Shown here: positions 39,748 through 50,133 of the stretch, in pieces
How positions within the stretch are numbered: position 1 is the stretch's first letter
Layout: every line of letters begins with the position of its first letter
Translations under genes and position numbers: made by a program
Notes under the pieces: generated by a model
Told to the model about the DNA's origin: nothing
Database searches by the model: none
Seen by the model: the letters and a program-made list of their open reading frames with translations, nothing else
DNA from: a virus
Lineage: Duplodnaviria > Caudoviricetes
Virus record (IMG/VR): IMGVR_UViG_3300032007_001727
Length of the DNA: 64,000 nt
Strand: one strand, 5' to 3'

Positions 39748-41703
39748 TTATTTTTCTTTCTCAGTTACGACTATTTTATCTATTATGTCTTGTTTGCCTC
39801 TGACTATTTCAAGCATCTTGTCAAAATACGTCCCGTTGAATGATTGGTAATATATTGTGCACGGCTTTGTCTGTCCAATTCGATATATTCTGTCTTCCGC
39901 TTGGGCATTATCACTCGGCACAAAGGAGAAGTTATTGAATATTATAACGTCAGCGGCAGTTAGGGTGAGGCCGACAGATGCCGATATGATATTGCCCACG
40001 AAGACCTTGACGCTATCATCATTCTGAAACTTTTCAACCGCCTCGTTCTTCTTCTTCTCCGTTATCTTTCCGTTGTGGAAGACACAGCATCCTTCAAACT
40101 CTTTTATGAACTTGTTTATCTCGTTGTCATAGGCACAGAAGATGATGACCTTATGATTGTCTTCAATGCATTTCTTCGCTAGTTTAATCGTCCTAGAAAT
40201 CATCTTGTCGGCAAGCCACTGTCTCATGAGCGAAACCTCTATGAGTTTCTTGTTCCTTTCCGTCTTCTCCTCATCCTCTTGCAAGGCAACGTATTTGTCC
40301 CATAATTGACTGTATGACTTCTTTTCAGCCTTTGTCATTTCATAATGTAGACACTCGACCGTCTTGCTAGGCATTTCCGTGAAGTCAGTCTTGAGCCTTC
40401 TTAGATAATGGGGCTTTATGACCTCTTGGAGTTCTTCCATGTTTGTGTCCTCCCCCGGTATGCACATTTTCTTGCAGTTCTTCTCCAAATATTCGTTAAG
40501 TGCCGCCTTTTCCTCGGTGTTTAGTGAATACCAATCACTTTTTCCTACGGATTTCAAGAACATTGCGGTGTAGGCATTTCTTTCATTCTTTTTGAAGAAA
40601 ATCTTTGCCCCGCAATATCTTGTCATATAGTTCTGCCAATCCTTTGTGACCGGTGCGTTTATCAGTTTGAGGAGATTGTATAGGTTTTTTGAAGAGTTCG
40701 TAATCATTGTGCCGGTGAGTTCGAATAAACCGCTTGGGTTGCTTCTCTTAACCAAGTCTGATATTATCTTGAATCTGTTTGAAGTTGAATTTGACAACCT
40801 ATGGGCCTCATCTATTATGATTAGGTCATATTTCGCTTGGAATAGTTGGCTGTTTGCCATTGCCTCGTCGATTATCTTCTTGCTCCTTGCAACTATCTTT
40901 TTCTCCTTGTATTCCTTTACAACGTTTCCGTCATCGTCAACGTTGAGTTCCTTCGTAACTATTGTCTGCTCCGGTATTTCGTAGAAATTATCCAATATGT
41001 CGTAGTTGATGATGGTGTATTTTGCGTCATTCCATTTCGAGCCTTGTACTATCACTATGTCATCCTCGCTGACAAGTGTCTTGAGTTCATTCTCCCACGT
41101 TTTCTTGACGGATGACGGGCATATTATAAGAATATGCTTAAAACCCCCTTCAATGGCCGCTAGAATCGCCGAAAAAGTCTTTCCGCTGCCTTGTTCGTCA
41201 GCAACTATGCAACGCCTCCTAGAGAGCATAAACTTAACCGCTTCTATTTGGTGCGGGAGTGGCATTCTGTTGTTTGTAATATATTTTGAGGCATCAAACT
41301 CATATTTTGTGTAGTCTTCTGCTAGAAAATCATTGACTATAGCAACCTTGGGTACAAAGGTTTCAATCGCCTTTTCTTGTGATTTCCTATAGATACAGAA
41401 CATGTGGTAAAACTTTTCCGTTTCACCCATGAGCCAAGTTGCCTTGAATCTGTTTGGTGTAAACTCCAACTCCAAATCCTTCTGTTTCTTCTGACCGAAC
41501 CATTCCGTTATTCTCACGATTTTGTTTATCAGCCTAGGTTCCTTGTCGTGATTCTTGAGGATATATTCAATCTCAAAGTCATTTAATGACTTTGTCTTAT
41601 ATACAAACACTGAATTCTTAAGGTTTCTAATATATGAGTTTATTCCGTTGTATTCTTTTAAAAACTTATGTGCGTCACCTATTTTTTCTAATGAATTAGC
41701 CAT
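39748..41703 (-). CDS. SNF2-family (SMARCAL1/HARP-like) helicase
   Basis: PHQ, ADEQGSGKT, IIIDEAHRL, LTGT, LRRLK, GLTLTAA, QAEDRIYRIGQ. Confidence 0.9.
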   Translation of the reverse strand: MANSLEKIGDAHKFLKEYNGINSYIRNLKNSVFVYKTKSLNDFEIEYILKNHDKEPRLINKIVRITEWFGQKKQKDLELEFTPNRFKATWLMGETEKFYHMFCIYRKSQEKAIETFVPKVAIVNDFLAEDYTKYEFDASKYITNNRMPLPHQIEAVKFMLSRRRCIVADEQGSGKTFSAILAAIEGGFKHILIICPSSVKKTWENELKTLVSEDDIVIVQGSKWNDAKYTIINYDILDNFYEIPEQTIVTKELNVDDDGNVVKEYKEKKIVARSKKIIDEAMANSQLFQAKYDLIIIDEAHRLSNSTSNRFKIISDLVKRSNPSGLFELTGTMITNSSKNLYNLLKLINAPVTKDWQNYMTRYCGAKIFFKKNERNAYTAMFLKSVGKSDWYSLNTEEKAALNEYLEKNCKKMCIPGEDTNMEELQEVIKPHYLRRLKTDFTEMPSKTVECLHYEMTKAEKKSYSQLWDKYVALQEDEEKTERNKKLIEVSLMRQWLADKMISRTIKLAKKCIEDNHKVIIFCAYDNEINKFIKEFEGCCVFHNGKITEKKKNEAVEKFQNDDSVKVFVGNIISASVGLTLTAADVIIFNNFSFVPSDNAQAEDRIYRIGQTKPCTIYYQSFNGTYFDKMLEIVRGKQDIIDKIVVTEKEK

Positions 41704-41788
41704 TAATATTATTTTTTATATATAAAAAATAATATAAAATTATTAAAAATCAATATTTATGGGTGTAAAATTTTACATAAAAAAAATT

Positions 41789-42325
41789 ATGGCAACCATA
41801 CAATTCAATAATAAATCGACTAGAAGAGTCCCGATACATAGAAACAACCTATTCTATGATGAGGCATCATTCGCCTTTGAAAGGGAGGTTGGTAAGAACT
41901 ATGTTGAACAAGACATGGGACAGACCGTTGTACTGTACCAAGTTGACGCTTCAAAGACACAGTCTGACTCGGTATACGGTGAAACAAATTCAAACGGGGT
42001 GAAATATAAAATTCCGGTTGAGATTCCTTGCGTCTATAGAATAGATGAGCCGGAACTGATGGCATATGACAAGGAGAAGAACTTGGGTACCTATATGAAA
42101 CCCGGAAAAATAACGGTTGGTGTGTATCCGGAGACATTGAAGGAACTTGGTGTCGAGGCAAAAAAAGGTGATTATATTATGATACAAGTCACAGAGGAAC
42201 ACTCTGAATACTTTGTTTTAAATGCAATCAACGAAGGATATGCAAATGCTCATAGCCTTTGGGGGCGAAGACTGTGGATTACTTGGGAAGGATATAACGT
42301 TGATGCTAGTGAATTTAATGGGTAA
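41789..42325 (+). CDS. Putative neck/head-completion (gp14-like) protein
   Basis: Late motif at 41753; DSVYGE...P.EIP...KKGDYI pattern (inference). Confidence 0.5.
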   Translation: MATIQFNNKSTRRVPIHRNNLFYDEASFAFEREVGKNYVEQDMGQTVVLYQVDASKTQSDSVYGETNSNGVKYKIPVEIPCVYRIDEPELMAYDKEKNLGTYMKPGKITVGVYPETLKELGVEAKKGDYIMIQVTEEHSEYFVLNAINEGYANAHSLWGRRLWITWEGYNVDASEFNG

Positions 42326-42411
42326 AAAAAAAAATAATATTAACTATTGAAGATTATTTAAAAGTTCATAATATTTATTTAAAAATAACGAAATAAATAC
42401 ATAAAAACAAT

Positions 42412-42765
42412 ATGAAGAAAAGAATTAGATTAACAGAAGGAGACCTTCACAGAATCGTGAAAGAGTCTGTTAAGAGAGTGTTGAAAGAAAGTAATAATGA
42501 TAGAATAGAGAAAGCATATCATGGAAAAGATAGCGGAAAAGTGTATCACGTCTCAATAGAAAATCCTGGACCTCTCAAACATACCAATGGGACAAAAGAA
42601 CTTTATTGTGGATTTGAATCTTGGGTTGAAGGTGATGAAGAAAACACCTACGTAGAAGGTGGAATTTGGATTGAAGACGGATGGGTTGTTGATTTTGATG
42701 GCTGTGGCGTATTACCAAAAGCGGTTAAGAAGGCTTTGGGGGAAATGGGTATTCAAGCAGATTAA
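42412..42765 (+). CDS. Leader-cargo protein (MKKRIRLTEGDLHRIVKESVKRVLKE...)
   Basis: Leader and 5' UTR nearly identical to the 31252 gene; unrelated C-terminus. Confidence 0.8.
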   Translation: MKKRIRLTEGDLHRIVKESVKRVLKESNNDRIEKAYHGKDSGKVYHVSIENPGPLKHTNGTKELYCGFESWVEGDEENTYVEGGIWIEDGWVVDFDGCGVLPKAVKKALGEMGIQAD

Positions 42766-42788
42766 ACCAATTAATTTATCAAACATAC

Positions 42789-42811
42789 GGGCGAATCAGA
42801 TAGATTCGCCC
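42789..42811. terminator. Intrinsic terminator
   Basis: GGGCGAATC-AGATA-GATTCGCCC. Confidence 0.75.
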
Positions 42812-42822
42812 ATTTTTGTTTT

Positions 42823-43785
42823 TTATGATATTCTTACATATTTTGATAGGATTGAGTTGATGTCATACCCATCCAACTTGTTAATATAACCACCCCAATC
42901 GCCACACTGTTCAAGACCGTTCCAAGGATGAACGTGGTGCATAATGCAGCCCTTCATTATTTCCAATAACTCAACCAATTTGTCACCCATTGGGACTTGG
43001 TGTAGGCTGTTCATTATTTCATCCATTTTTTCATCCTTAATCATTGAGTCCTTGTCATGGATATTATCCGATATTGAATCGTCCTTGTTGCTCATTATGT
43101 TAATTCTGTCAGCAACCATATTTATGATGCTGTTGGCTTCATTGTTCGCCTTCTTGGCCAACTTGTTCTTGTATTTCAACTGAATGTATGCCGGGTCAAG
43201 ATTATTGAAGATAATATTGCCAATCATATTCGGCTTGTCCGTTCCATCCGCTTCCTTGCGTATTCCGGCGCGTAGTTGTATCTCACTCTCCTTTACCTCA
43301 ATTCCGTTTCTCTTTGTGTTATATCGCATCAATATATCCTCGGAACCCCTTCCTATGATTGCAACATCCGTTTGTTTCGGAAATGCGCCAATTGTAGCAT
43401 CTTCCTTTGAAATACTCTCCAACGGATTGTTGTGGTACGGCTCCTTTAACAAGGATGTTGCATCCTTCGGGTTACCGCATTTCGTGTTGAACTGAGGCTG
43501 TGAGATTATCGGCCCTATATAATATCTCTGACCGTTTGATTCAGCATCATATAAGACCAATACCGTTTCATCCACCTTTGGTATGCTCTGTATTATTTTC
43601 GGCAACAACGGAAAAGACCAAGGTATGTCCTTTGGATTATTTGAGTTGTCTTTCCCAAATATTTTTGCCCTTACCCTCATACCGTCGAATGGTCTATCCA
43701 ACTTGTGTTCGTCATCATCAATGAATTTTGAATTGACGTTTTCAATATCCACAACGACACCTATTTCAAACCTAAAATCACTCAT
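42823..43785 (-). CDS. Baseplate hub/spike (gp5-like OB-fold) protein
   Basis: G.VVD...RVRAKI...PLLP...PKVDETVLV...YYIGP; C-terminal HHVHP. Confidence 0.6.
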   Translation of the reverse strand: MSDFRFEIGVVVDIENVNSKFIDDDEHKLDRPFDGMRVRAKIFGKDNSNNPKDIPWSFPLLPKIIQSIPKVDETVLVLYDAESNGQRYYIGPIISQPQFNTKCGNPKDATSLLKEPYHNNPLESISKEDATIGAFPKQTDVAIIGRGSEDILMRYNTKRNGIEVKESEIQLRAGIRKEADGTDKPNMIGNIIFNNLDPAYIQLKYKNKLAKKANNEANSIINMVADRINIMSNKDDSISDNIHDKDSMIKDEKMDEIMNSLHQVPMGDKLVELLEIMKGCIMHHVHPWNGLEQCGDWGGYINKLDGYDINSILSKYVRIS

Positions 43786-43975
43786 TGCTTAAAATTCCTC
43801 TGTTATCTAATTCTTTTTTTGCCTTATTGTAGAGATAATCCAAGTCTTCTAACTCGCTTATCAAATCTAGTATCTTTGTCTTTCTGACATCATATTCATT
43901 ATTATAACCCATAATCTTGATGTTGATTTCCGAATTTGTCATTCTAGAGAAATCTGTATTTCTATCAAATGCCAT
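43778..43975 (-). CDS. Hypothetical protein
   Basis: Short ORF coupled to the downstream gene. Confidence 0.55.
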   Translation of the reverse strand: MAFDRNTDFSRMTNSEINIKIMGYNNEYDVRKTKILDLISELEDLDYLYNKAKKELDNRGILSNE

Positions 43976-44003
43976 AACTTTTTGATTTTCTTTTTTACAT
44001 TTT

Positions 44004-44396
44004 TTAAACGATACATCCTTGACCGGTTCCACACGAAGTGGTTGTACCGATAACTGTTATTGGTCCTCCGGCATTTGCACCGAACGCCGTAACGGTAAGG
44101 GAACCCGGCTGCATGCCTAGTTGTACCGCCGCATCCTTTCTTAATGCCCTAAACACCTCATCTACGATGGAATACACAAACGCAACTGTAAGATTATCAC
44201 TTCCGTCCGGCATTGAATTGGTGGGTATGCCGTATCCGTTTAAATCCTTTACAATGTTTGCGGTTGATTGTGTCACCGAAAGCCCCGGACGGCGAATCAT
44301 TGAACACACTAGCAAAGTTCTAGGCAACTGCTTAAACGGTGGCCTTATCTTTTTAAAGAAGTTAACTATGGTATTACAGATTGTCCTTACACTCAT
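44004..44396 (-). CDS. Hypothetical virion protein
   Basis: ORF in a co-oriented cluster. Confidence 0.65.
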   Translation of the reverse strand: MSVRTICNTIVNFFKKIRPPFKQLPRTLLVCSMIRRPGLSVTQSTANIVKDLNGYGIPTNSMPDGSDNLTVAFVYSIVDEVFRALRKDAAVQLGMQPGSLTVTAFGANAGGPITVIGTTTSCGTGQGCIV

Positions 44397-44401
44397 TTTA
44401 T

Positions 44402-46600
44402 TCAGCACTTATTTGTTGACGGAGTTTCCCCATCGTTATTATTTTCATTTCCGACATCAATGTCGGCATAGTCCACGTTATCCAACTGAGTGTCAATTAA
44501 CGTACTCCTAAACATTGATAGACCGCGTGGATAGTTTCTTATCAAATCCAAGATAATGTCAGAATAGGTTTCAAGTTGTTCCCTTAGTATTATCGACTCG
44601 ATTGTTTCCACGATTGGTTCCAAACCCTTCAATACTAGTTTCTGTAGTTCTTGGAGAACCAAGTCCCTAACCTCTTTAACGATACCTTTGATTATGTCAG
44701 AGAATTGACGAATAAGTTCATGGAACGATTTCTTGCCCAACTCCTTCAGTGACTGTGAGTTCGTAAAGTTGCTGAGTGAATTTCCCATCATCTGCTTATT
44801 TACCTCTAGAAGCATAAGCACTTTAGGGGTCATGATTGCATTCACTATTGCGGTTGTAAGATTTTCAATTAAATCCAATAGGAAATTATATTGAATGTCA
44901 ACCTTGTTTCTTTCATCAACACCTTCCGTTATAATCACAGATGCTTGTCTGATGGCCCTCCTTAGAATTGTCTGTTGTTCATGCAATTTAGCATCGGGTT
45001 CATATTCGGACAATATCTCATCGACTGAATCAAATAAACCGCCTTCTTCACCGTCGGCACATATCTTGTTTTTCTTTGCCCTTTCCTCTTCTGCCTTTTT
45101 CAAGAGAGGGGCATATTTGGAACTGTCAAATGAATAATAACAGTCATTTAATTCAGAATCGTCACTTTCAATGATTGACTTGATTATCGTCTTGATTTCA
45201 TCTGTTTCTTCACGGTGCTTGAAGGTCACGCTTATGTTGGTATTAAATATTGTGCTGAACAGTTCATACAATAATGACCTTGCATCAAATAACTTCACAC
45301 TAGTAAGGTAATCATAATTGAATTCAAACAAGGTCAAACCCGGATAACACTCAATTAAATTTTTTATGACCTCATTTTTATCTCCAACCGTGACGTTTCC
45401 GTTTCTTGGGTTTATTATGACATTGCCATCTAAATAAGATAAATCAGCACTATCAGTATTATTGTTCAAGGTATATTTACCGTTAGGGTCATATTCACCC
45501 TTGTCATTGAAGAGCATTTTCTTGAATCTCCAAGGTGGTTCTCCACTCGATATATTTGGGATGTGAACCAACGGTCTTGGCAATATTGTAAAACGGAACC
45601 TATTGTTTACCAACCCGTTAAAGTCCGCGTCATTGGACATTTGGTCAATATACTGTAGATTGAATATAGGTTTTTCTTTTGAATAATCCCTAGGCACGGA
45701 ATATTCATTGGGATTTTTGTTTATTCTTCTTATTGGTTCACTCAATTGGTTTCTTATTCTTTCAAAATAATTTCTCTTATACCAATTCACTGAGTGCCAA
45801 TCATCTGATACCGGCACCAATCTGTCACTGATGATTTTCATTTCATTATTGACCTTATGGTCCAAACACATTGAAACCACATATCCGCCATTATATACAA
45901 AAGTGTTGCCGGGCAATATTTTGGACTCTTCGTCGTTGTTTGAGTTGTATATCACCTCTAGGCTAGATAATAACGTACTGTCATGAGGGTTCAATGATGA
46001 TGCACCCAACATTCCCTTCAAGTCATCCATATCGTTTATCTTGGATGAATTCGGAAACTTTCCCTTGTGTATTACAAACCACAAGAATGCATCCATGTCA
46101 TCAGCCCTAGCGAATGCATATGAGTTAAATACGTTTTCAGTGCCGAAATATAGTCTCTTACCATACACATCCAACGGGTTCACTGAAAGTTTGTCTATGA
46201 AGTCAATTGATTCAATGTCAATGTCAATACCATAAGTCTGCCTAGTGTCAGAATCATCGAACTTAACATGCCTTTTTCTGTATTGTTCCGGTATTCTAGG
46301 GTCGATTGAACAAGAAATCATGTTCTTGAGACTAGTGAGAATCAAAGCCTTGACACTCATTTCGGCGATTTGGACATATCCGGTAAGCATAGCAACAATG
46401 TAATTCTCAATATCCTCGGTACTGAATCTTAAATGACTCAGAAGGTCTATCAGAAACCTTACCGGGTTAATTGAAAAATTCATTGAAATGTTCGATGAGA
46501 CATTTGAAGCGTCCAACACACCGACAACTTTACTTATGAGTGCTTCAGCCGTATCAATATACGCCAACGCCTCTTCTTGTGACTTCCTAACACTAGCCAT
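44402..46600 (-). CDS. Hypothetical 732-aa protein
   Basis: Long ORF, translationally coupled to 46600..46998. Confidence 0.75.
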   Translation of the reverse strand: MASVRKSQEEALAYIDTAEALISKVVGVLDASNVSSNISMNFSINPVRFLIDLLSHLRFSTEDIENYIVAMLTGYVQIAEMSVKALILTSLKNMISCSIDPRIPEQYRKRHVKFDDSDTRQTYGIDIDIESIDFIDKLSVNPLDVYGKRLYFGTENVFNSYAFARADDMDAFLWFVIHKGKFPNSSKINDMDDLKGMLGASSLNPHDSTLLSSLEVIYNSNNDEESKILPGNTFVYNGGYVVSMCLDHKVNNEMKIISDRLVPVSDDWHSVNWYKRNYFERIRNQLSEPIRRINKNPNEYSVPRDYSKEKPIFNLQYIDQMSNDADFNGLVNNRFRFTILPRPLVHIPNISSGEPPWRFKKMLFNDKGEYDPNGKYTLNNNTDSADLSYLDGNVIINPRNGNVTVGDKNEVIKNLIECYPGLTLFEFNYDYLTSVKLFDARSLLYELFSTIFNTNISVTFKHREETDEIKTIIKSIIESDDSELNDCYYSFDSSKYAPLLKKAEEERAKKNKICADGEEGGLFDSVDEILSEYEPDAKLHEQQTILRRAIRQASVIITEGVDERNKVDIQYNFLLDLIENLTTAIVNAIMTPKVLMLLEVNKQMMGNSLSNFTNSQSLKELGKKSFHELIRQFSDIIKGIVKEVRDLVLQELQKLVLKGLEPIVETIESIILREQLETYSDIILDLIRNYPRGLSMFRSTLIDTQLDNVDYADIDVGNENNNDGETPSTNKC

Positions 46601-46998
46601 TATTTACGAATTTCAATCTTCTTAGTTTTTTCTTGTAATGAATCATCCACCATTTTCTTAATGTCATCGAAGTCAAAGGTCATTTCCTTTGATGATGCAT
46701 TACTTAGGGCACCTACGACATCACCGTTGCTCTTATATATTTCGGTAAGAATCTTTGCAATGTCTATTTTCTTTGCGATGGCCTTATCCTTGATTCCCAA
46801 ATAGTCATTGATTGCCTTTGCATATTTTCCACGTGCTTCCATCGGCTCATCTTGTAACTGCGTTGCCACTGAAAGTTTATTGATTTCATTCTGCGCTTGC
46901 TTGATTTGCTCATCAGCGAGAGTATAAACCCCTTGTAACAAGTCTCTTATGTTCTGCGGGTTATTTAATTCTATCTTAAAATTATTCACTGTAGCCAT
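46600..46998 (-). CDS. Hypothetical coiled-coil protein
   Basis: ORF; late motif at 47021 (-). Confidence 0.7.
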   Translation of the reverse strand: MATVNNFKIELNNPQNIRDLLQGVYTLADEQIKQAQNEINKLSVATQLQDEPMEARGKYAKAINDYLGIKDKAIAKKIDIAKILTEIYKSNGDVVGALSNASSKEMTFDFDDIKKMVDDSLQEKTKKIEIRK

Positions 46999-47062
46999 TT
47001 AATAAAAATTTTTTTCACCTATAAATATTTAAGGGTACGTTTTTAAAAACGTACCCAAAAAA

Positions 47063-47857
47063 TTACTCATTTACCAATTTATCCTTGACTTCGTAGTATT
47101 TCTTTTTGAAAACTTTCATTGCATCCCTTATCTCCTTCGTACTTAGCATTGTTGTTTCCTTAAGGAATAAGAGGATTGAACTCTTGTTAAACTTGTTACT
47201 ACCCATTTGGGCAAATAGTTCGTCCCAATTCTCCATCAGATTAATCAAGGCACTACCGACCTTAACTTCATTGTCTGTCAGTTTGAACTTGTCCCTTTCA
47301 GATATTATCTTTTCAATATTCTTGACTGTTGCGCCGGTCAGTTCACTCAAGAAATTATTCCTAGGGTCATTGTCATCATATGAGTAGTTTATATTGTCGG
47401 ATATATCATTTTGAACCGTATCAAACGGGTTATCATATGAAACATTCCTCTTTTGTGTCTTTGAATGTTGGTTAATCCGGTAGATTAAGTAATTCTTACA
47501 TATTGTTCCACAATATGAGAATGCCTTATAGTTCGTACTTGGGTCAAAACAAGAGAGTTTCGTCATTAGGAATGATATGGTGTCATTAAACGTTTCTTGG
47601 AACTCCTCATCCGGTACATATAGATTATATCTTCTGATTATGGAGTCAATCATCTTCGTGAAGGGTTGCTTCAATACCGTGTCAAAAATTCTATTCTTTT
47701 CTTCTTCATCGTCCGTAGAAATATAATCCACAACACCTTGCTCTTGCGATACTGAGAAATAATAGTTCTTTTTGTTAGGATTTGGTTTCCTACCCCTCTT
47801 TTTCTTTGGTTTTTCTTCTACTGTATTAGTATCAGTTGGTTGAGTATCTTGTGACAT
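47063..47857 (-). CDS. Putative late-transcription sigma factor (T4 gp55-like)
   Basis: NYYFS..QE..VVDY...PFTKMIDSIIRRY...FDP...KAFSYCGTICKNYL resembles sigma region 2 (gp55 NPFAYFTQI-type). Confidence 0.55.
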   Translation of the reverse strand: MSQDTQPTDTNTVEEKPKKKRGRKPNPNKKNYYFSVSQEQGVVDYISTDDEEEKNRIFDTVLKQPFTKMIDSIIRRYNLYVPDEEFQETFNDTISFLMTKLSCFDPSTNYKAFSYCGTICKNYLIYRINQHSKTQKRNVSYDNPFDTVQNDISDNINYSYDDNDPRNNFLSELTGATVKNIEKIISERDKFKLTDNEVKVGSALINLMENWDELFAQMGSNKFNKSSILLFLKETTMLSTKEIRDAMKVFKKKYYEVKDKLVNE

Positions 47858-47880
47858 CTATACATTTATTTTAATAAAAA

Positions 47881-48669
47881 TTATTCCTCATCTTTCTCGT
47901 CCTTCTTAAATATAAACTTTGACGGTTCCCTCTCTATGCTTGGGTGGAACAGACTTTCTCTCTTAGCCAATTCAAATAGCCATTGGGTTTCGTCGCTCCC
48001 GACCGTTTCCTTATAAATCTCAACAAGAGAACCCTTTCGCCCTAACCTATGATTGTACCCAACCTTTGGGATTACGTAAACCTTTTTGCCCTTATTAGTT
48101 AGTCTTAGCATCCATTCGTACCAAAATGTTATTTTAATTTGCGGCTTAAGTCCGCCAACCTCATTCCAATCATCCTTATTGAAAATACTTCCGGTGAGAT
48201 AAAAGTCAAAATAATTCTGAAGACAATCATTGTCAATATAGCCTATTTCATTCGAAAAGGCACTAGCCCATGCTTCAGAATTTCCGAAACCTATATATCT
48301 ATCGTTGTTAAAGTCGGTAATGTCTTCAAGCGGCATAAACACGCTCACTTCCGGTGTAAACTCAGAATATTTTTCAAAATTGTCAAACCACTTTGCGGCA
48401 TACGTATCATCAAACTCAAGAATTGAAAACCACTTATCTTCAATTGACTCCACGGCAGAGTTCACCAATTCACAAAAACTACTCCCATCACTCTTCGAAA
48501 TAACTTCCAACCTATCACTGATGCCATTTAGTTCCTTCTTGCTAGTACCACTAGGAATTGATAACACAACATTAATGTCATTCGGAACTGAATTGACGGC
48601 ATTATTCAATAATTTAATATTTTCTTCACCAAATTCATGCATTGGTATTATAACTGTCAAATTTTTCAT
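47881..48669 (-). CDS. Glycosyltransferase family 2-like
   Basis: LTVIIP, SILEFDD (DxD-like), VGGLK..., YEWMLRL. Confidence 0.7.
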   Translation of the reverse strand: MKNLTVIIPMHEFGEENIKLLNNAVNSVPNDINVVLSIPSGTSKKELNGISDRLEVISKSDGSSFCELVNSAVESIEDKWFSILEFDDTYAAKWFDNFEKYSEFTPEVSVFMPLEDITDFNNDRYIGFGNSEAWASAFSNEIGYIDNDCLQNYFDFYLTGSIFNKDDWNEVGGLKPQIKITFWYEWMLRLTNKGKKVYVIPKVGYNHRLGRKGSLVEIYKETVGSDETQWLFELAKRESLFHPSIEREPSKFIFKKDEKDEE

Positions 48670-48684
48670 ATATATCCAACAAAT

Positions 48685-49788
48685 TTACTTATTTTCGTTT
48701 TCCGAATTATTTTTAGCCTTGACTTGGGTTATTAACTCCTTCATTTCGTTGGCCCTTCTTTCTAACGTGTCACTCACATACGTTATAAACTCTCCCTTTG
48801 TCTTCTCATAGTCAAACTTGGAACAAACCTTCTTGCCCTCATCCTCCAATACGGTAGGGATGTTGTCAGTAATCCAAGAACGAACGACACTTGCCAATTG
48901 CTTATGGAGTGTATCGAAGTCATTAAACCATATGCAAGCATTCGTGAGATTTCCGTTCTCATCCGTTGCCCAATCCAATTCAGTGTCAGTTACCTTGCAC
49001 ATTGTAATTGAACCGCTCTTGATGGCCTCTAACGCGCTATAAGACACGCTAGCGTCACTATCTACCACAATGGTAATTGCAGCCTCTCTGAGCGCGTTTG
49101 AGAACTGTTCCTTGGACAGATTCCTAAGTTCCTTGAACGAAACCCACTTGAACATCGGATATTTCCAATAGAACGGCTTGACGATTCTCTTAATGTCGGA
49201 TTGGTCCTTGGCAATGATGTTGACAATCATTTTCCTTGGCTCGTTAGTCTTACCGAATATCTTGGAAATAAACGGAGAAACCTTTGTAACTTTAACATAC
49301 GGAAACACGTTGTTAAGTTCCCTCTTTTGATATTCAGAATTGGTGATTGCCTCCATTATCCCGAAATCGCCCCACTGTGCAACATATGGCATTTGTTCAA
49401 CCAAATAGTCATAGTTCTGCAAAATCGCAATTCTCTTACAAGGAAGATTCTTGGTCTGATTCATGACTTGTGAGAAAATCTCCGGAATAAATAAAATATC
49501 AGAAGGTGAGGTTCCTATTTCATCCTTGTTAACGTTATAATGCGGAAGGTTGCTGTATCTTTCGTCCAACCACGAACCGACTCCGACAAAATCATCCTCA
49601 GTGTGCAGCATACCGACATTATATCCCTCCTCCTTTAAAATTAACGCCAAGTTGTAAATGTATTCGAGAGACCCGGACGGCGTTCCCTTGGTATCTAACA
49701 CGAAGAATAGTATTCTATTCTCTTTCTTGTTTATCTTTGAGATTTCATTTTCAATGTTCTCAATAATCTTCAAATCCTTTTCATTCAT
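48685..49788 (-). CDS. GT-B glycosyltransferase-like protein
   Basis: SGSLEYIYNLA..L...GY.V, DILFIPE, ALEAIKSG. Confidence 0.55.
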   Translation of the reverse strand: MNEKDLKIIENIENEISKINKKENRILFFVLDTKGTPSGSLEYIYNLALILKEEGYNVGMLHTEDDFVGVGSWLDERYSNLPHYNVNKDEIGTSPSDILFIPEIFSQVMNQTKNLPCKRIAILQNYDYLVEQMPYVAQWGDFGIMEAITNSEYQKRELNNVFPYVKVTKVSPFISKIFGKTNEPRKMIVNIIAKDQSDIKRIVKPFYWKYPMFKWVSFKELRNLSKEQFSNALREAAITIVVDSDASVSYSALEAIKSGSITMCKVTDTELDWATDENGNLTNACIWFNDFDTLHKQLASVVRSWITDNIPTVLEDEGKKVCSKFDYEKTKGEFITYVSDTLERRANEMKELITQVKAKNNSENENK

Positions 49789-49806
49789 ATTCTAAAAAAA
49801 ATTAAA

Positions 49807-50133
49807 CTATTCATTCTTTACGCCCTTAATGAAGCCATATGCTTGCATTGTGTTGTAGGTAAGATTTTGTCCCATGGTCATTACGTTGGCATCCTCAACA
49901 TCATTGAGAATTTCAATGAACATTTTCACCATATCATATCTGATGGTACTTTGGTTGGAATAGTCATTTACCTTAACTTCCTTTACTTCCTTCATTTCCG
50001 GCACCATCTGACCACTCTCAGAGTCATATATGTAATTCTCGGTGATTTCAACATCACTAGTTCTTTCGTTTGGATTACCAAATATAAAATTGGTAATCTT
50101 GTTCATATCGAAAATAAACGGTGTATCATTCAT
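49807..50133 (-). CDS. Hypothetical protein
   Basis: ORF in operon. Confidence 0.65.
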   Translation of the reverse strand: MNDTPFIFDMNKITNFIFGNPNERTSDVEITENYIYDSESGQMVPEMKEVKEVKVNDYSNQSTIRYDMVKMFIEILNDVEDANVMTMGQNLTYNTMQAYGFIKGVKNE

